Assembly (NCBI GenBank): GCA_041908065.1
Contig: JAYRGC010000039.1
Coordinates: 2,481 to 66,480, forward strand
From: Alphaproteobacteria bacterium
Lineage (GTDB): Bacteria > Pseudomonadota > Alphaproteobacteria > UBA9219
Length of the DNA stretch: 64,000 nucleotides
Direction of reading: 5' to 3'
Shown here: positions 17,233 to 27,819 of the stretch, piece by piece
Numbering within the stretch: position 1 is the stretch's first letter
Layout of the letters: the number at the start of each line of letters is the position of its first letter
Notes under the pieces: model-generated
Databases searched by the model: none
Seen by the model: only the letters and a program-made list of their open reading frames with translations
What the model was told of the DNA's origin: nothing
Translations under genes and position numbers: made by a program

Positions 17233-18705
17233 AGCTGCTGATATGAGGTGATATTGCGCCAACACTTGCTCGGTCGAGCGCGTGAACAGGTCGCTGAACG
17301 TGGCGGGGTGCAGCCCCATCCATAGAACCAGAACTGCCAACGGCGCGAACATAAGCCATTCGCGAGCGGAAAGATCCGGCATGGCCTTGACGTCGGCGTG
17401 GACGGCCTCGCCGAAGAACACGCGGCGGTAAAGCCACAGCATATAGGCCGCGCCCAACACCACGCCGGTGGCGGCGAGCGCGGCGATTATTTTATCGGCT
17501 TGCCACGCTCCGGCCATCGACAGAAACTCGCCCACAAAGCCGCTGGTGCCGGGCAACCCCACTGCGGCCAACGTGAACACCATGAACACGGCGGCATAGC
17601 GCGGCATTACCGAAGCCACTCCGCCGTAACGGGCGATCTCGCGGGTGTGCAGGCGGTCGTAGACCACGCCGACGGCCAGAAACAGCGCGGCGGAAACGAA
17701 CCCGTGCGACAGCATCACCAGCATCGCCCCGTCCAATCCTTGTTGGTTGCCGGAGAATATGCCAAGCGTGACATACCCCATGTGCGCCACCGAAGAATAG
17801 GCGATCAGCTTCTTCATGTCGGTTTGCGCCAGAGCGACCAGCGAGGCGTAAACGATGGCGATCACGCCCAGCCACAGCATCATCGGCGCGAAGGTTGCGC
17901 TGGCCTCGGGCAGCATTTGCAATGACACGCGGATGAACCCGTACCCGCCCATCTTCAGCAACACGCCCGCCAGTATGACCGATCCGGCGGTGGGAGCCTC
18001 GACGTGGGCGAATGGCAGCCATGTGTGGAACGGCCACATGGGGGTTTTGACGGCGAAGGAGGCGAAGAACGCCAACCACAGCCATACCGCCATTTCCTTG
18101 GGGAACTTGCCGCCCATCATCGCCGCCATGTCGGTCGTGCCGACGTGAAGCGACATGGCTATGATCGCCAGCAGCATCAAAACCGATCCTAGGAAGGTAT
18201 AAAGGAAAAATTTGTACGCCGCGTAAATCCGTCCGTTTCCGCCCCATACGCCGATGATAAGGAACATCGGGATCAAAACGCCCTCGAAGAAGACGTAGAA
18301 CAGCACGAAATCGAGCGCGGTGAACATGCCGATCATCATGGATTCCAGTATCAGCATGGCGGCCATGAAGTCGGGAAGGCGTTTTTTAATCCCGAATCCT
18401 GCCAAAACGCATATCGGGGTCAATAACGCCGACAGCATGACGAACCAGACCGATATTCCGTCCACGCCCTTGTGATAAACGACGTTGAAGGCGGGAATCC
18501 ATTGCGCCGTTTCCTCCAACTGGAAGCCGCTCTGCGAGGGATCGAATTGCCACAGCATTTCCAGCGACAAGGCGAAGACGGCCAAGGTCGTTCCCAGCGC
18601 GATTTGCCGCGCCGCGCCGTCGCGTCCCCGCGCCAACAGCATAATCATCCCCGCGCCGAGCAGGGGCAGGAAGGTGAGGAAACTTAGGATGGGAAAATCG
18701 GGCAT
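17227..18705 (-). CDS. nuoM: NADH-quinone oxidoreductase subunit M
   Basis: 492-aa antiporter-like subunit with conserved NuoM blocks. Confidence 0.9.
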   Translation of the reverse strand: MPDFPILSFLTFLPLLGAGMIMLLARGRDGAARQIALGTTLAVFALSLEMLWQFDPSQSGFQLEETAQWIPAFNVVYHKGVDGISVWFVMLSALLTPICVLAGFGIKKRLPDFMAAMLILESMMIGMFTALDFVLFYVFFEGVLIPMFLIIGVWGGNGRIYAAYKFFLYTFLGSVLMLLAIIAMSLHVGTTDMAAMMGGKFPKEMAVWLWLAFFASFAVKTPMWPFHTWLPFAHVEAPTAGSVILAGVLLKMGGYGFIRVSLQMLPEASATFAPMMLWLGVIAIVYASLVALAQTDMKKLIAYSSVAHMGYVTLGIFSGNQQGLDGAMLVMLSHGFVSAALFLAVGVVYDRLHTREIARYGGVASVMPRYAAVFMVFTLAAVGLPGTSGFVGEFLSMAGAWQADKIIAALAATGVVLGAAYMLWLYRRVFFGEAVHADVKAMPDLSAREWLMFAPLAVLVLWMGLHPATFSDLFTRSTEQVLAQYHLISAAL

Positions 18706-18720
18706 GGATGCTCCAGTAAA

Positions 18721-20673
18721 TTACGCCAGCCAAAACCAAGTCATAAGTCCCACCAAGCCCAGCACCATAACGAAGGCATAGTGATAGAGATATCCGGTTT
18801 GCAGGTATCCGATGTTTTTGCCCGCTCGCGCCACCGCAGAGGCGACGCCGTCAGGCCCCAAGCCGTCGATTATCCGGTCGTCGCCGGTGCGCCACAACGC
18901 GCCGCCCAACGCTTTGGCCGGACGCACGAACAGCGCATCGTACAGCTCGTCGAAGTAGTATTTGCGGAACGACAGGCGGTAGAGGAAACCGCTGGCCTTG
19001 GCGATTTTCGCGGGCATTTTCGGCAACGCCAGATACAGCAGAGCGGCCAAGGCCATGCCTGCTAAGGCGACGACGAGCGGAAGGTGTTTCAGCCATACTG
19101 CGTGATGTTCGCCGGATGATGCAGTCGCTTCGACAGGCTCAGCGACCGTTGTGGCGAGAGCGACCGCTGAGCTTGTCGAAGCGACCGCCCCGCGCCAGAA
19201 CTCGGCAGCGCCTTCGGAAGCGAACCAGCCGTGCGCATACCATCCGGCAAATATCGCCCCAATGGCCAGAGGAACTAGCGGTAGCAGCATGATGACCGGA
19301 GATTCGTGCGCGTGCTCCATGGCGTGGGCGTCGGCGCGCGGCTTGCCGTGGAAGGCGAGGAACAGCAGGCGCAGCGAATAGAACGCGGTTAAAAACGCCG
19401 CCGCGATGCCTAGGGCGTAGGCGAACATCCCGAACGGCGCGTTGGAGGCCAACGCGGATTCCAAAATCATATCCTTGGAATAGAATCCGGCGAACCCGAA
19501 AACTCCGTCAAGCCCGATCCCCGCCAACGCCAGCGATCCTATCCACATTAATCCGCAGGTTATGGGAGCCTTGCGCCACAGCCCGCCCATGCGGCGCAAG
19601 TCCTGCTCGCCCGACAGGGCGTGGATGACCGATCCCGCGCCAAGGAACAGCAACGCCTTGAAGAAGGCGTGGGTGGCGAGGTGGAAAATGGCGGCGGAAT
19701 AGGCCGACACGCCAAGCGCGAAGAACATGTAGCCGAGTTGGCTCATGGTCGAATAGGCGATCACTCGCTTGATGTCGAACTGCGTCAGGCCGATGGTGGC
19801 GGCCACTATCGCCGTCAATCCGCCCACCACGGTGATGACGGCCAAGGCCACGGGCGCGTGCTCGAACACCGGCGACATGCGGGCGACCATGAACACGCCA
19901 GCCGTCACCATGGTCGCGGCGTGGATGAGCGCGGACACGGGGGTAGGGCCTTCCATGGCGTCGGGCAACCAAGTGTGCAGCCCCAATTGCGCCGATTTGC
20001 CCATCGCGCCCACGAACAGCAGCAGGCAGGCGAAATTGAGCGCGTAGGGAGCAGCGACGTTAGGGACTGCGGCGAACATGTCGGCGAATTTCACCGATCC
20101 GAACAGCGCGAAGCAGGCGAAGATGCCGAGCAGAAAGCCGAGATCGCCTATGCGGTTGACGACGAACGCCTTGATGGAGGCGGCGCAGGCGCTAGGTTTT
20201 TCAAACCAGAAGCCGATGAGGAGGTAGGAACACAGCCCCACGCCCTCCCAGCCGAAGAACATCTGCAACAAGTCGTCCGCCGACACCAGCATCAACATGA
20301 AGAAGGTGAAGAGGCTTAGATACGACATAAAGCGCGGTATGCTTTTGTCGTGGCTCATATAGCCGACGGCGTACACATGCACCATCGCCGATACCACGTT
20401 GACGACAAGCAACATCACGGCGGTTAGGGCATCGATGCGTATCGTCCAGTTGGCTTTGAAGCCACCCGAGGAAAACCACTCGGTCAGAACATGGGTTCTG
20501 GAGTTGCCCTCCAAGGCCACGTCTTGGAATATGGCGATCGACAGCCCCGCCGCCGCCAGCATCAGGACGCAGGTGACGACTTGCGCCGCCTTATCGCCCA
20601 GCGTCTTGCCGCCCAGTCCGGCGAATGCCGCGCCCAGCAGGGGAAGGAATATAGCCAGAAGGTCGGTGGTCAT
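18721..20673 (-). CDS. nuoL: NADH-quinone oxidoreductase subunit L
   Basis: 650 aa with an antiporter-like core plus the C-terminal long helix region. It contains an in-frame repeat insertion; see the repeat feature at 19125-19184. Confidence 0.9.
   Translation of the reverse strand: MTTDLLAIFLPLLGAAFAGLGGKTLGDKAAQVVTCVLMLAAAGLSIAIFQDVALEGNSRTHVLTEWFSSGGFKANWTIRIDALTAVMLLVVNVVSAMVHVYAVGYMSHDKSIPRFMSYLSLFTFFMLMLVSADDLLQMFFGWEGVGLCSYLLIGFWFEKPSACAASIKAFVVNRIGDLGFLLGIFACFALFGSVKFADMFAAVPNVAAPYALNFACLLLFVGAMGKSAQLGLHTWLPDAMEGPTPVSALIHAATMVTAGVFMVARMSPVFEHAPVALAVITVVGGLTAIVAATIGLTQFDIKRVIAYSTMSQLGYMFFALGVSAYSAAIFHLATHAFFKALLFLGAGSVIHALSGEQDLRRMGGLWRKAPITCGLMWIGSLALAGIGLDGVFGFAGFYSKDMILESALASNAPFGMFAYALGIAAAFLTAFYSLRLLFLAFHGKPRADAHAMEHAHESPVIMLLPLVPLAIGAIFAGWYAHGWFASEGAAEFWRGAVASTSSAVALATTVAEPVEATASSGEHHAVWLKHLPLVVALAGMALAALLYLALPKMPAKIAKASGFLYRLSFRKYYFDELYDALFVRPAKALGGALWRTGDDRIIDGLGPDGVASAVARAGKNIGYLQTGYLYHYAFVMVLGLVGLMTWFWLA
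19125..19184. repeat. family-C palindromic element inserted in-frame within nuoL
   Basis: It shares 28 identical nt (gcagtcgcttcgacaggctcagcgaccg) with the intergenic copy at 8318-8347. A 20-nt IR with a 20-nt spacer is translated as AVASTSSAVALATTVAEPVEATA in a loop region of NuoL. Confidence 0.7.
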
Positions 20674-20679
20674 GGCGTG

Positions 20680-20994
20680 TTATCCCCTCATCTCGCTGAT
20701 GTCGTCCACCGCTATCGAACCCTTGCTGCGGAAATAGGCGACCAGTATCGCAAGGCCGATGGCGGCCTCCGCCGCCGCGACGGCCAACACCAAAAGCGCG
20801 AACACCTGTCCGGCCAGATTGTGCAGATAGGCCGAAAACGCCACGAAGTTCACGTTTACGGCCAGCAGCATGATCTCGATCGACATCAACAGGACGATGA
20901 CGTTCTTGCGGTTGATGAATATTCCCGCCACGCCGATGGCGAACAGAGCGGCGGCCAGAACCAGAAAGTGGGTGAGGGTTATGGCCATGGTCAT
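20680..20994 (-). CDS. nuoK: NADH-quinone oxidoreductase subunit K
   Basis: 104 aa with 3 TM helices; the [16 protein letters not shown] motif is typical NuoK. Confidence 0.9.
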   Translation of the reverse strand: MTMAITLTHFLVLAAALFAIGVAGIFINRKNVIVLLMSIEIMLLAVNVNFVAFSAYLHNLAGQVFALLVLAVAAAEAAIGLAILVAYFRSKGSIAVDDISEMRG

Positions 20995-21686
20995 ATTTCT
21001 ACCCCTTCGCCGATTTTGGGACGGCGGATTTCCATCACGTCCGCGGTTTTGATTGCCAACTGCGCCCCCACGTCCTGACGCTTGGCGTCCTTGCGTTGAC
21101 GCAAGGCCAATACTATCGCGCCCACCATGGCCACCAGCATTATAAGCCCGCAGAGCTGAAAGGGCAGGGCGTATTGAGTGTAAAGGACGTGGCCGATGGC
21201 GGTCGCATTGTCGGCGGCGTTTTCAGGAGAGCCGAACACTGCGGCTGCGGGCGAAGTCTTCCACGCCCACGTCGCGGCGATAAGCTGGGCGAGCATGACG
21301 ATCCCGACCAATCCGCCCAAGGGAAGGTATTCCATGAAGCCTTTTCGCATTTCGCGGGCGGTTATGTTCAGCATCATGACGACGAACAGGAACAAGACAG
21401 CCACCGCTCCGACGTAGACGATGATGAGCGTGAAGGCCAGAAATTCCGCGCCCATCAGCAGGAACAGCGCGGCGGCGTTGAAAAAGCACAGGATAAGGAA
21501 AAGCACCGAATGCACCGGATTGCGCGATGTCACCACCATCAACGCCGAGGCTATAAGCACGGCGGAGAAGGCGTAGAACACGCCTGCGCTCAACAGAGAG
21601 GGAAGATTTTGGAGGATAAAACTCAAAGCCGTTCTCCCTTTCAGGAAGAGGAAATCCCAGAATCCCATGTGGACTGCGAAGCGCAA
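20991..21686 (-). CDS. nuoJ: NADH-quinone oxidoreductase subunit J
   Basis: [44 protein letters not shown] is a NuoJ signature. The start is uncertain (21686 or 21668). Confidence 0.8.
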   Translation of the reverse strand: MRFAVHMGFWDFLFLKGRTALSFILQNLPSLLSAGVFYAFSAVLIASALMVVTSRNPVHSVLFLILCFFNAAALFLLMGAEFLAFTLIIVYVGAVAVLFLFVVMMLNITAREMRKGFMEYLPLGGLVGIVMLAQLIAATWAWKTSPAAAVFGSPENAADNATAIGHVLYTQYALPFQLCGLIMLVAMVGAIVLALRQRKDAKRQDVGAQLAIKTADVMEIRRPKIGEGVEI

Positions 21687-21761
21687 CCGCCAGAATTAAC
21701 CGGTGTTTCACAAACCAATCACCAAACCACAGAACCGAATTATAGCGCAGCAGCCCGCCAA

Positions 21762-22256
21762 TCACCTGTACTTCGCGTCTTCCCGTATGTTCGCGCCAAC
21801 CACGCATTCCCATTTTTCCCCGTTGGCCAACAGGCGTTCCTTGTCATAAATAAGGTCGCGGCGGCTGGCGGTGGGGCATTCCAGATTAGGCGTTTCGACG
21901 ATGGCGTCGACCGGACACGCCTCTTGGCACAGGCCGCAGAAGATGCACTTGGACAGGTCGATGTCATAGCGCGTGGTGCGGCGGCTGCCGTCGGCGCGAG
22001 GCTCGGATTCTATGGTTATGGCTTGGGCGGGGCATATCGCTTCGCACAGCTTGCAAGCGATGCAGCGTTCCTCCCCGTTGGGATAGCGGCGCAAGGCATG
22101 CACGCCCCTAAAGCGTGGACTGATTCTGCCTTTCTCGTAAGGGTAGTTCAGCGTCACCTTGGGGCGGAAAATATAGCTGAACGTCAACGCCATGCCCTTG
22201 GCCACATCAAGGGGGAGGTAGCGCAACAATCTGGCGACGATGGACGTTTTCGGCAT
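21762..22256 (-). CDS. nuoI: NADH-quinone oxidoreductase subunit I
   Basis: Two CxxCxxCxxxCP ferredoxin motifs ([24 protein letters not shown]). Confidence 0.9.
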   Translation of the reverse strand: MPKTSIVARLLRYLPLDVAKGMALTFSYIFRPKVTLNYPYEKGRISPRFRGVHALRRYPNGEERCIACKLCEAICPAQAITIESEPRADGSRRTTRYDIDLSKCIFCGLCQEACPVDAIVETPNLECPTASRRDLIYDKERLLANGEKWECVVGANIREDAKYR

Positions 22257-22264
22257 ATGAGGCT

Positions 22265-23146
22265 CTACTTCTGCGGCGGTGGAGAGGAATAGGGCGCCGC
22301 CACTCGCAAGGCGATGTCCGTGGACAGGTTGTGCTTTCGCAGGATGCTCTCAATCGTGCCATCAAACAACATTTCATTGGTCGCGGTGTTCAGCATGGCG
22401 GCCAGCCGCGTCTCTCCGGCGGGAACCGTAATACTATAAGAGGTAACCGTAAGCGGAGGAGATACAACTCTCCGTATCGTGTTAGGGCGCTTGGCCATGT
22501 ATTCAGCCCCGAACATGGCGTCGGTTATAAACGCATCCGCCTTGCCATAGGCGACTTGTTCTAGCATGTCGCTTAGCGGCGATGTCCCGGGCAATCCCAC
22601 GGTTCGGCTTTGCGGAAACAGCGTTTTGGCGAGATTACCGCTTAGTGTGCCATCTATCGAAACGAAACTTTTGTCCTTAGCGTTCAACGCCCGCAACTTG
22701 TTGTCATAGACAGCAACCCCGTTTTTAACAAACACATAAAGCGGAGTATAGAATATGGGCTGCGTGTATTCGACGAACTTGCCTCTGGTCGCGTCGGGCA
22801 ATCCGCCGGAACATTCCAGATCGAATTTTCCGTAATTGAGGTCGGATAAGTATGTGGCGAAGTTAAGCTCCGATGTCCATTCGACCTTGAGATCGAGTTT
22901 CTTGCCCAAGGCATTTAGGTAATCATAGAACACCCCCGATATATCGCCGGTGTTCGGGTCTTTTGCGATTATCGGATTCCATACCGCATACCCGCACCGA
23001 ATCACGCCAGTCCGCATGATGCGCTCATAGGCCGTTTCGCGTTTTTCCGATGCGACAACGCCGCCGGACTCGTGACGCGCAAACCAGTAATGCGTCCCGA
23101 CGCTTGCCAGAACGGCGATGATGAGCATGGACAGGAGGTTTTTCAT
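22265..23146 (-). CDS. amino-acid ABC transporter substrate-binding protein (PBP2/family 3-like)
   Basis: Signal peptide and periplasmic-binding-protein-like organisation. Embedded between nuoH and nuoI on the same strand, with lower GC than the nuo genes. Confidence 0.6.
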   Translation of the reverse strand: MKNLLSMLIIAVLASVGTHYWFARHESGGVVASEKRETAYERIMRTGVIRCGYAVWNPIIAKDPNTGDISGVFYDYLNALGKKLDLKVEWTSELNFATYLSDLNYGKFDLECSGGLPDATRGKFVEYTQPIFYTPLYVFVKNGVAVYDNKLRALNAKDKSFVSIDGTLSGNLAKTLFPQSRTVGLPGTSPLSDMLEQVAYGKADAFITDAMFGAEYMAKRPNTIRRVVSPPLTVTSYSITVPAGETRLAAMLNTATNEMLFDGTIESILRKHNLSTDIALRVAAPYSSPPPQK

Positions 23147-23160
23147 GCCAATTCCCGCTG

Positions 23161-24288
23161 CTATCTAAACGCTACCACATACCCCGCCGTTATCACGACC
23201 CAAACCAGCGACAGGGGCAGGAAGAATTTCCAACCGATGCGCATAAGCTGGTCATAGCGATAGCGGGGCAGGGTGGCGCGTACCCATAAGAACACGAACA
23301 GGCAAAAGGCGATCTTCAGCGCGAGCCACACGAATCCGGGGATGAACGCCAGCGCGTCCAAAGGCGGCAGCCAGCCGCCGAGGAACAGGATGGAGGTCAT
23401 CGCGCTTATCAATATCATGTTGGCGTATTCGCCAAGGAAAAACAGCGCGAAGGCCATTGACGAGTATTCGGTGTTAAAGCCGCCCACCAGTTCCGACTCG
23501 CCTTCCGGCAGATCAAAGGGCAGGCGGTTGGTTTCCGCCAATGCCGACACGAAAAACACCAAAAACATCGGGAACAGCAGGGAAAACGCGAACCAGCCGT
23601 CCTTTTGCGCCTCCACTATCTTCGACAGGTTCATGGATCCGGCCAGCAACAGCACGGTTATCAGCACCAGCCCGATGGACACTTCGTAGGAGATCATTTG
23701 CGCCGCTGAGCGCAACCCGCCCAAGAAGGGGTATTTGGAATTGGACGCCCATCCGGCGACGATTATTCCGTACACGCCAAGCGAGGATATGGCGAAGATG
23801 TACAACACGCCAAGGTTGATGTCGGCCAGCACCGCTCCGGCGTCGAAGGGGATGACCGCCCACGACGACAATGCCAGAAAGAACGTCAACACCGGCGCAC
23901 CCAGAAACAGCGCGATGTCGGCTTGGCGGGGGAATATGGTTTCCTTGCCCATCAGCTTCACGCCGTCGGCCATCGGTTGCAGTAAACCGAAAGGTCCCAC
24001 GACATTTGGGCCGCGCCGCATCTGCATCGCCGCCATTACCTTGCGCTCGGCCAGAGTCAAATACGCCACGCAGCCGAGCAACACGCCGATTATCAGCGCG
24101 ATCTTGAGCAGGATTATGGCGGCTGGCAGCAACGCCTGAACGGCTTCGTTCGACCAGAAACTATCCACGAGAACACCTTGAAAGCGGGCAAAAGCAGCAT
24201 GAACGCGGCTGTGAAGACGCTCGATACCCGGAGCGCGGACATCATCGCTCAAGAATCGGTAGGAAAAAAGCGAAAAGTTTTGCCTCAT
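23161..24288 (-). CDS. nuoH: NADH-quinone oxidoreductase subunit H
   Basis: [36 protein letters not shown] is a NuoH/ND1 signature. The N-terminus is about 30 aa longer than usual, so the start is uncertain. Confidence 0.85.
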   Translation of the reverse strand: MRQNFSLFSYRFLSDDVRAPGIERLHSRVHAAFARFQGVLVDSFWSNEAVQALLPAAIILLKIALIIGVLLGCVAYLTLAERKVMAAMQMRRGPNVVGPFGLLQPMADGVKLMGKETIFPRQADIALFLGAPVLTFFLALSSWAVIPFDAGAVLADINLGVLYIFAISSLGVYGIIVAGWASNSKYPFLGGLRSAAQMISYEVSIGLVLITVLLLAGSMNLSKIVEAQKDGWFAFSLLFPMFLVFFVSALAETNRLPFDLPEGESELVGGFNTEYSSMAFALFFLGEYANMILISAMTSILFLGGWLPPLDALAFIPGFVWLALKIAFCLFVFLWVRATLPRYRYDQLMRIGWKFFLPLSLVWVVITAGYVVAFR

Positions 24289-24434
24289 CGAACGATGAAG
24301 TAATCGCTTGCCGATTGCGGAGCCTGTCGTAGGCTACTATTATCGTATCGGATGCGGTGAGAATCGCGCTGTCCGAGCGGCGATGGATGTCGGTTGAACT
24401 GCGCTTCGAACTTTGGTGAATGTGGGGGACGTCC

Positions 24435-25232
24435 ATGGGCGTTAGTGCCGTTTTGTCCGAAAGACGCGGGCAGTCGATAATAATAACCTTTAATCGCGCC
24501 GATCATGCCAACTCGATGACGTTGGACATGGCGAACGATCTTTTCAACGTCATGAAGCCCATAGTGACCGACAGAAGCGCGCGAGCCGTCATGCTGCGCG
24601 GCGCGGGCGGGAACTTCATGGACGGCATCGACATGAAGGATATGGGATTTGCCGCTCCCGACATAACTCAGGCTTTGGAGCGGTGCAACCAGCTTATACT
24701 GCCTTACCATTCGGTTGTGCGCGAGCTGCAGACGATGGACAAGCCTGTGGTCGCGGTGGCTGAAGGCAAGGTTTGCGGCGTGGGGCTTAGTTTGATGCTG
24801 GCCTCCGACATAATCATCGCCGGACGCGACGCCACCTTTAAACTGGAAACGGCCGAATACGCGATCACGCCTACGGGGGCTTGTTCCTACTTTCTGCCGC
24901 GCCGCGTCGGGCTTACCAAGGCCTTGGAGATGTTGATGTTCGACGAGCCTTTCGGGGCAGAGGAAGCCTTGGCCATGGGGCTGGTTAACCGCGTCGTGGA
25001 CAACGGCAGGCTGGAGGAGGAGGCTTTGGCGGTTCTGGATCGCCTGACCGAGGGGCCTACCCGCGCCTATGCTGGCATCAAGAAGCTGACGCTTAAAGGG
25101 TTTGAAAACGATCTGAACGCGCATCTTGGGCTGGAACACACCTATTTCGGCCAAAGCTTCCGCAGCTTCGATTTTCGCGAGGTGATAAAGGCCAAGCAGG
25201 CGGGGCGGGAAGCCAAATTTTCGGGAAATTAA
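24435..25232 (+). CDS. enoyl-CoA hydratase/isomerase (crotonase) family protein
   Basis: Crotonase-fold pattern (ITFNRADHANSMTLDM...MLRGAGGNFMDGIDMKD...VAVAEGKVCGVGLSLMLASD). Confidence 0.7.
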   Translation: MGVSAVLSERRGQSIIITFNRADHANSMTLDMANDLFNVMKPIVTDRSARAVMLRGAGGNFMDGIDMKDMGFAAPDITQALERCNQLILPYHSVVRELQTMDKPVVAVAEGKVCGVGLSLMLASDIIIAGRDATFKLETAEYAITPTGACSYFLPRRVGLTKALEMLMFDEPFGAEEALAMGLVNRVVDNGRLEEEALAVLDRLTEGPTRAYAGIKKLTLKGFENDLNAHLGLEHTYFGQSFRSFDFREVIKAKQAGREAKFSGN

Positions 25233-25443
25233 GAAAAATTCCTTGATCTTTGCGGAAATAGAATGCTAGAAATCCGCCCTGCCTTTCGGTCAAGGTGGCC
25301 GTTAGGCTTTATGTTTGTTAAAAACGCACGCGCATTCATAGGCTTATGGGCGGGAGAAATCCGTCCAGCCTTTCCGGTGTTTGGCCCCATGCGGGCTTAA
25401 CTCTATCTTGCGCGGTGGCTTAACCGGAGAAGGAAGCGATAGC

Positions 25444-26226
25444 ATGACCATGCCTGTAGTAACCCTGCGCCAATTGTTCGAAGCAGGCGTTCATTTCGGA
25501 CACAACACCCGTCGTTGGAACCCCAAGATGCAGCCGCATCTTTTCGGCGTCCGCAACGGCATTCACATCATAGACCTTGAGCAATCGGTTCCCATGATGC
25601 AGCGCGCTTTGCAAAAGCTGCGCGACGTGGCGGCGGACGGCGGACGCATATTGTTCGTCGGAACCAAGACTCAGGCTCAGGAAAAGGTGGCCGAGGCCGC
25701 CAAGCGTTGCGGGCAATACTATGTCAACCATCGCTGGCTGGGAGGCATGCTGACCAACTGGAAGACCATTTCACAGTCGATCAAGCGTTTGCGCGACATT
25801 AACGAAAAGATGGAATCGCACGCCAAGAAGATCACGAAGAAGGAAATGCTCCAGATGACGCGGGAGCGCGACAAGCTGGAACGCGCTTTGGGCGGCATCA
25901 AGGACATGGGCGGATTGCCGGACGTTATCTTCATCATCGACACGGTGAAGGAGGATTTGGCGATAGCCGAGGCGGCCACATTGAACATTCCGGTGGTGGC
26001 GGTCGTCGACAGCAATTCCGATCCTTCCAAGATCGCTTGGCCGGTTCCCGGGAACGACGACGCTTCCCGCGCCATAGATCTTTATTGCGATTTTGCGGCG
26101 CAGGCCATACTCGATGGGCTGGAGGCCGAGATAGCGGCTTCTGGCGGCGACGTCGGGGCTTCCGCTTCTTTGCCGAAAGACGCGGCGGCGGATAAGGGAT
26201 CGCTGAAGAAGGCGGCGCAGGGCTGA
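25444..26226 (+). CDS. rpsB: 30S ribosomal protein S2
   Basis: [14 protein letters not shown] near the N-terminus with GGAGAAGGA as SD. Followed by tsf. Confidence 0.9.
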   Translation: MTMPVVTLRQLFEAGVHFGHNTRRWNPKMQPHLFGVRNGIHIIDLEQSVPMMQRALQKLRDVAADGGRILFVGTKTQAQEKVAEAAKRCGQYYVNHRWLGGMLTNWKTISQSIKRLRDINEKMESHAKKITKKEMLQMTRERDKLERALGGIKDMGGLPDVIFIIDTVKEDLAIAEAATLNIPVVAVVDSNSDPSKIAWPVPGNDDASRAIDLYCDFAAQAILDGLEAEIAASGGDVGASASLPKDAAADKGSLKKAAQG

Positions 26227-26305
26227 AGCCTTTCGGACTTTTCGGATCAACGCAAAAGGCTCTCGCGGCGCGGTCGCGGAGCCACCTAAGGCATGGAGCG
26301 GACAA

Positions 26306-27226
26306 ATGGCAGAGATAACGGCCTCGTTGGTGAAGGATTTGCGCGAAAAGACCGGCGCGGGGATGATGGATTGCAAAAAGGCTTTGTCGGAATCCGGCGG
26401 AGACCTTGAGTCCGCCGTCGATTGGCTGCGTAAAAAAGGCTTGTCCGCCGCCGCCAAGAAGGCGGGGAGGGTGGCGGCCGAAGGCTTGATTGCTGTGGCA
26501 TCGTCGGGCAGTCGCGCCGCAGTGGTCGAAGTCAACGCCGAAACCGATTTCGTCGGTCGCAACGATTCCTTCCAAGCGTTTGCGAAGCAAGCGGCGGTTA
26601 TAGCCCTTGATTGCGGCGGCGACGTCGAGAAGCTCAAGTCGTCCAAGTCGCCGTCGGGAAAGACGGTGCAGGAAGATCTGACCAACCTCATCGCCACGGT
26701 GGGGGAGAACATGAACCTGCGCCGCGTCGCTTGCCTGTCGGTGTCGCAAGGATGCGTCGCCACTTACATCCACAACGCGGTTTCGCCTAACATGGGCAAG
26801 ATCGGCGTGCTGGTCGCGCTGGAATCCTCCGCCGATCCGGCCAAGCTGATGGAATTGGGCAAGCAGATCGCCATGCACGTCGCGGCAGCCCGCCCCGAAG
26901 CCCTGAGCATTCAGGACGTGGATTCCAAGGCGTTGGAGCGCGAACGCGATGTGCTGTCCGAGCAAGCCCGCGCCAGCGGCAAGCCCGAGGAGATCATCGC
27001 CAAGATGGTCGATGGCCGCATTCGCAAGTACTACGAGGAAGTAGTGCTTTTGGAGCAGGTGTACGTGGTCGACGGCGAGACAAAGGTCGCCAAGGTGGTG
27101 GAAAACGCCGCCAAGACTTTGGGCGCGCCTGTGAAGCTGGCCGGCTTCGTGCGTTATCAACTCGGCGAAGGAATCGAAAAAACCGCCGACGACTTCGCCG
27201 CCGAAGTGGCCAAGATGGCGTGCTGA
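26306..27226 (+). CDS. tsf: elongation factor Ts
   Basis: [24 protein letters not shown] is the UBA-like N-terminus of EF-Ts. Canonical rpsB-tsf pair. Confidence 0.9.
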   Translation: MAEITASLVKDLREKTGAGMMDCKKALSESGGDLESAVDWLRKKGLSAAAKKAGRVAAEGLIAVASSGSRAAVVEVNAETDFVGRNDSFQAFAKQAAVIALDCGGDVEKLKSSKSPSGKTVQEDLTNLIATVGENMNLRRVACLSVSQGCVATYIHNAVSPNMGKIGVLVALESSADPAKLMELGKQIAMHVAAARPEALSIQDVDSKALERERDVLSEQARASGKPEEIIAKMVDGRIRKYYEEVVLLEQVYVVDGETKVAKVVENAAKTLGAPVKLAGFVRYQLGEGIEKTADDFAAEVAKMAC

Positions 27227-27269
27227 GATCATGACGTGGAACACAGGCTTGTATCGTTAATGTTGTGGG

Positions 27270-27626
27270 GTGAATATGAAGAACAATAAGCGTGGTACTG
27301 CGATAAGCGCATTAGCCGCTGTGGCTATTACCGGGTGTAATAATGTGTCATGGGTAGAAACTGTTGTTTCAGGATATGGTGGTGATAATAGTAAAGACCA
27401 TATGGCAGTAGTTCGTACCTTTTCTGGCGGCGTGCAAGTGTACGCAGGAAGACCAGACAACTTGCGGTTTTTAAGAGATGATGGCAACACTTATGCGTTT
27501 CCTGATCAGTGTACTGGCACATGGATGATTGTCCCTAAGAGGGATTCCATGATTAGTATTGGCGACGATACTGGTTGTGACAAATTAAAAGGCAAAACAA
27601 ATAAGGGTAATGCCCCGACTCCATGA
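27270..27626 (+). CDS. hypothetical lipoprotein (low-GC)
   Basis: Signal peptide with lipobox AITGC. AT-rich gene and flanks, and no recognisable domain. Confidence 0.45.
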   Translation: MNMKNNKRGTAISALAAVAITGCNNVSWVETVVSGYGGDNSKDHMAVVRTFSGGVQVYAGRPDNLRFLRDDGNTYAFPDQCTGTWMIVPKRDSMISIGDDTGCDKLKGKTNKGNAPTP

Positions 27627-27648
27627 TTCGTTCTATCCATTGAGTGTA

Positions 27649-27705
27649 ACAGCGCGGATTTTTCCCCTGATTGGATTTAAGAGGGGGAGTTTGCGCTGTT
27701 TTTTG
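27649..27705 (+). terminator. intrinsic terminator candidate after the lipoprotein gene
   Basis: Nested hairpin ACAGCGC...(TCCCCT..AGGGGGA)...GCGCTGT followed by TTTTTT. Confidence 0.45.
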
Positions 27706-27819
27706 CAAAAAGAATCCTTTTACTCCTCCCCATAGAGTGTCATGGGAGTTTCCCTACCTTTTTGGGGAATATCCCTGTTTTTTCCTTGCTTGCGTTGATG
27801 AAACAGGCGTGGCCTAATC

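Noticed and set aside
25934-27244. 436-aa minus-strand ORF
   Set aside because: Antisense to rpsB/tsf with low-complexity Arg/Pro-rich translation.
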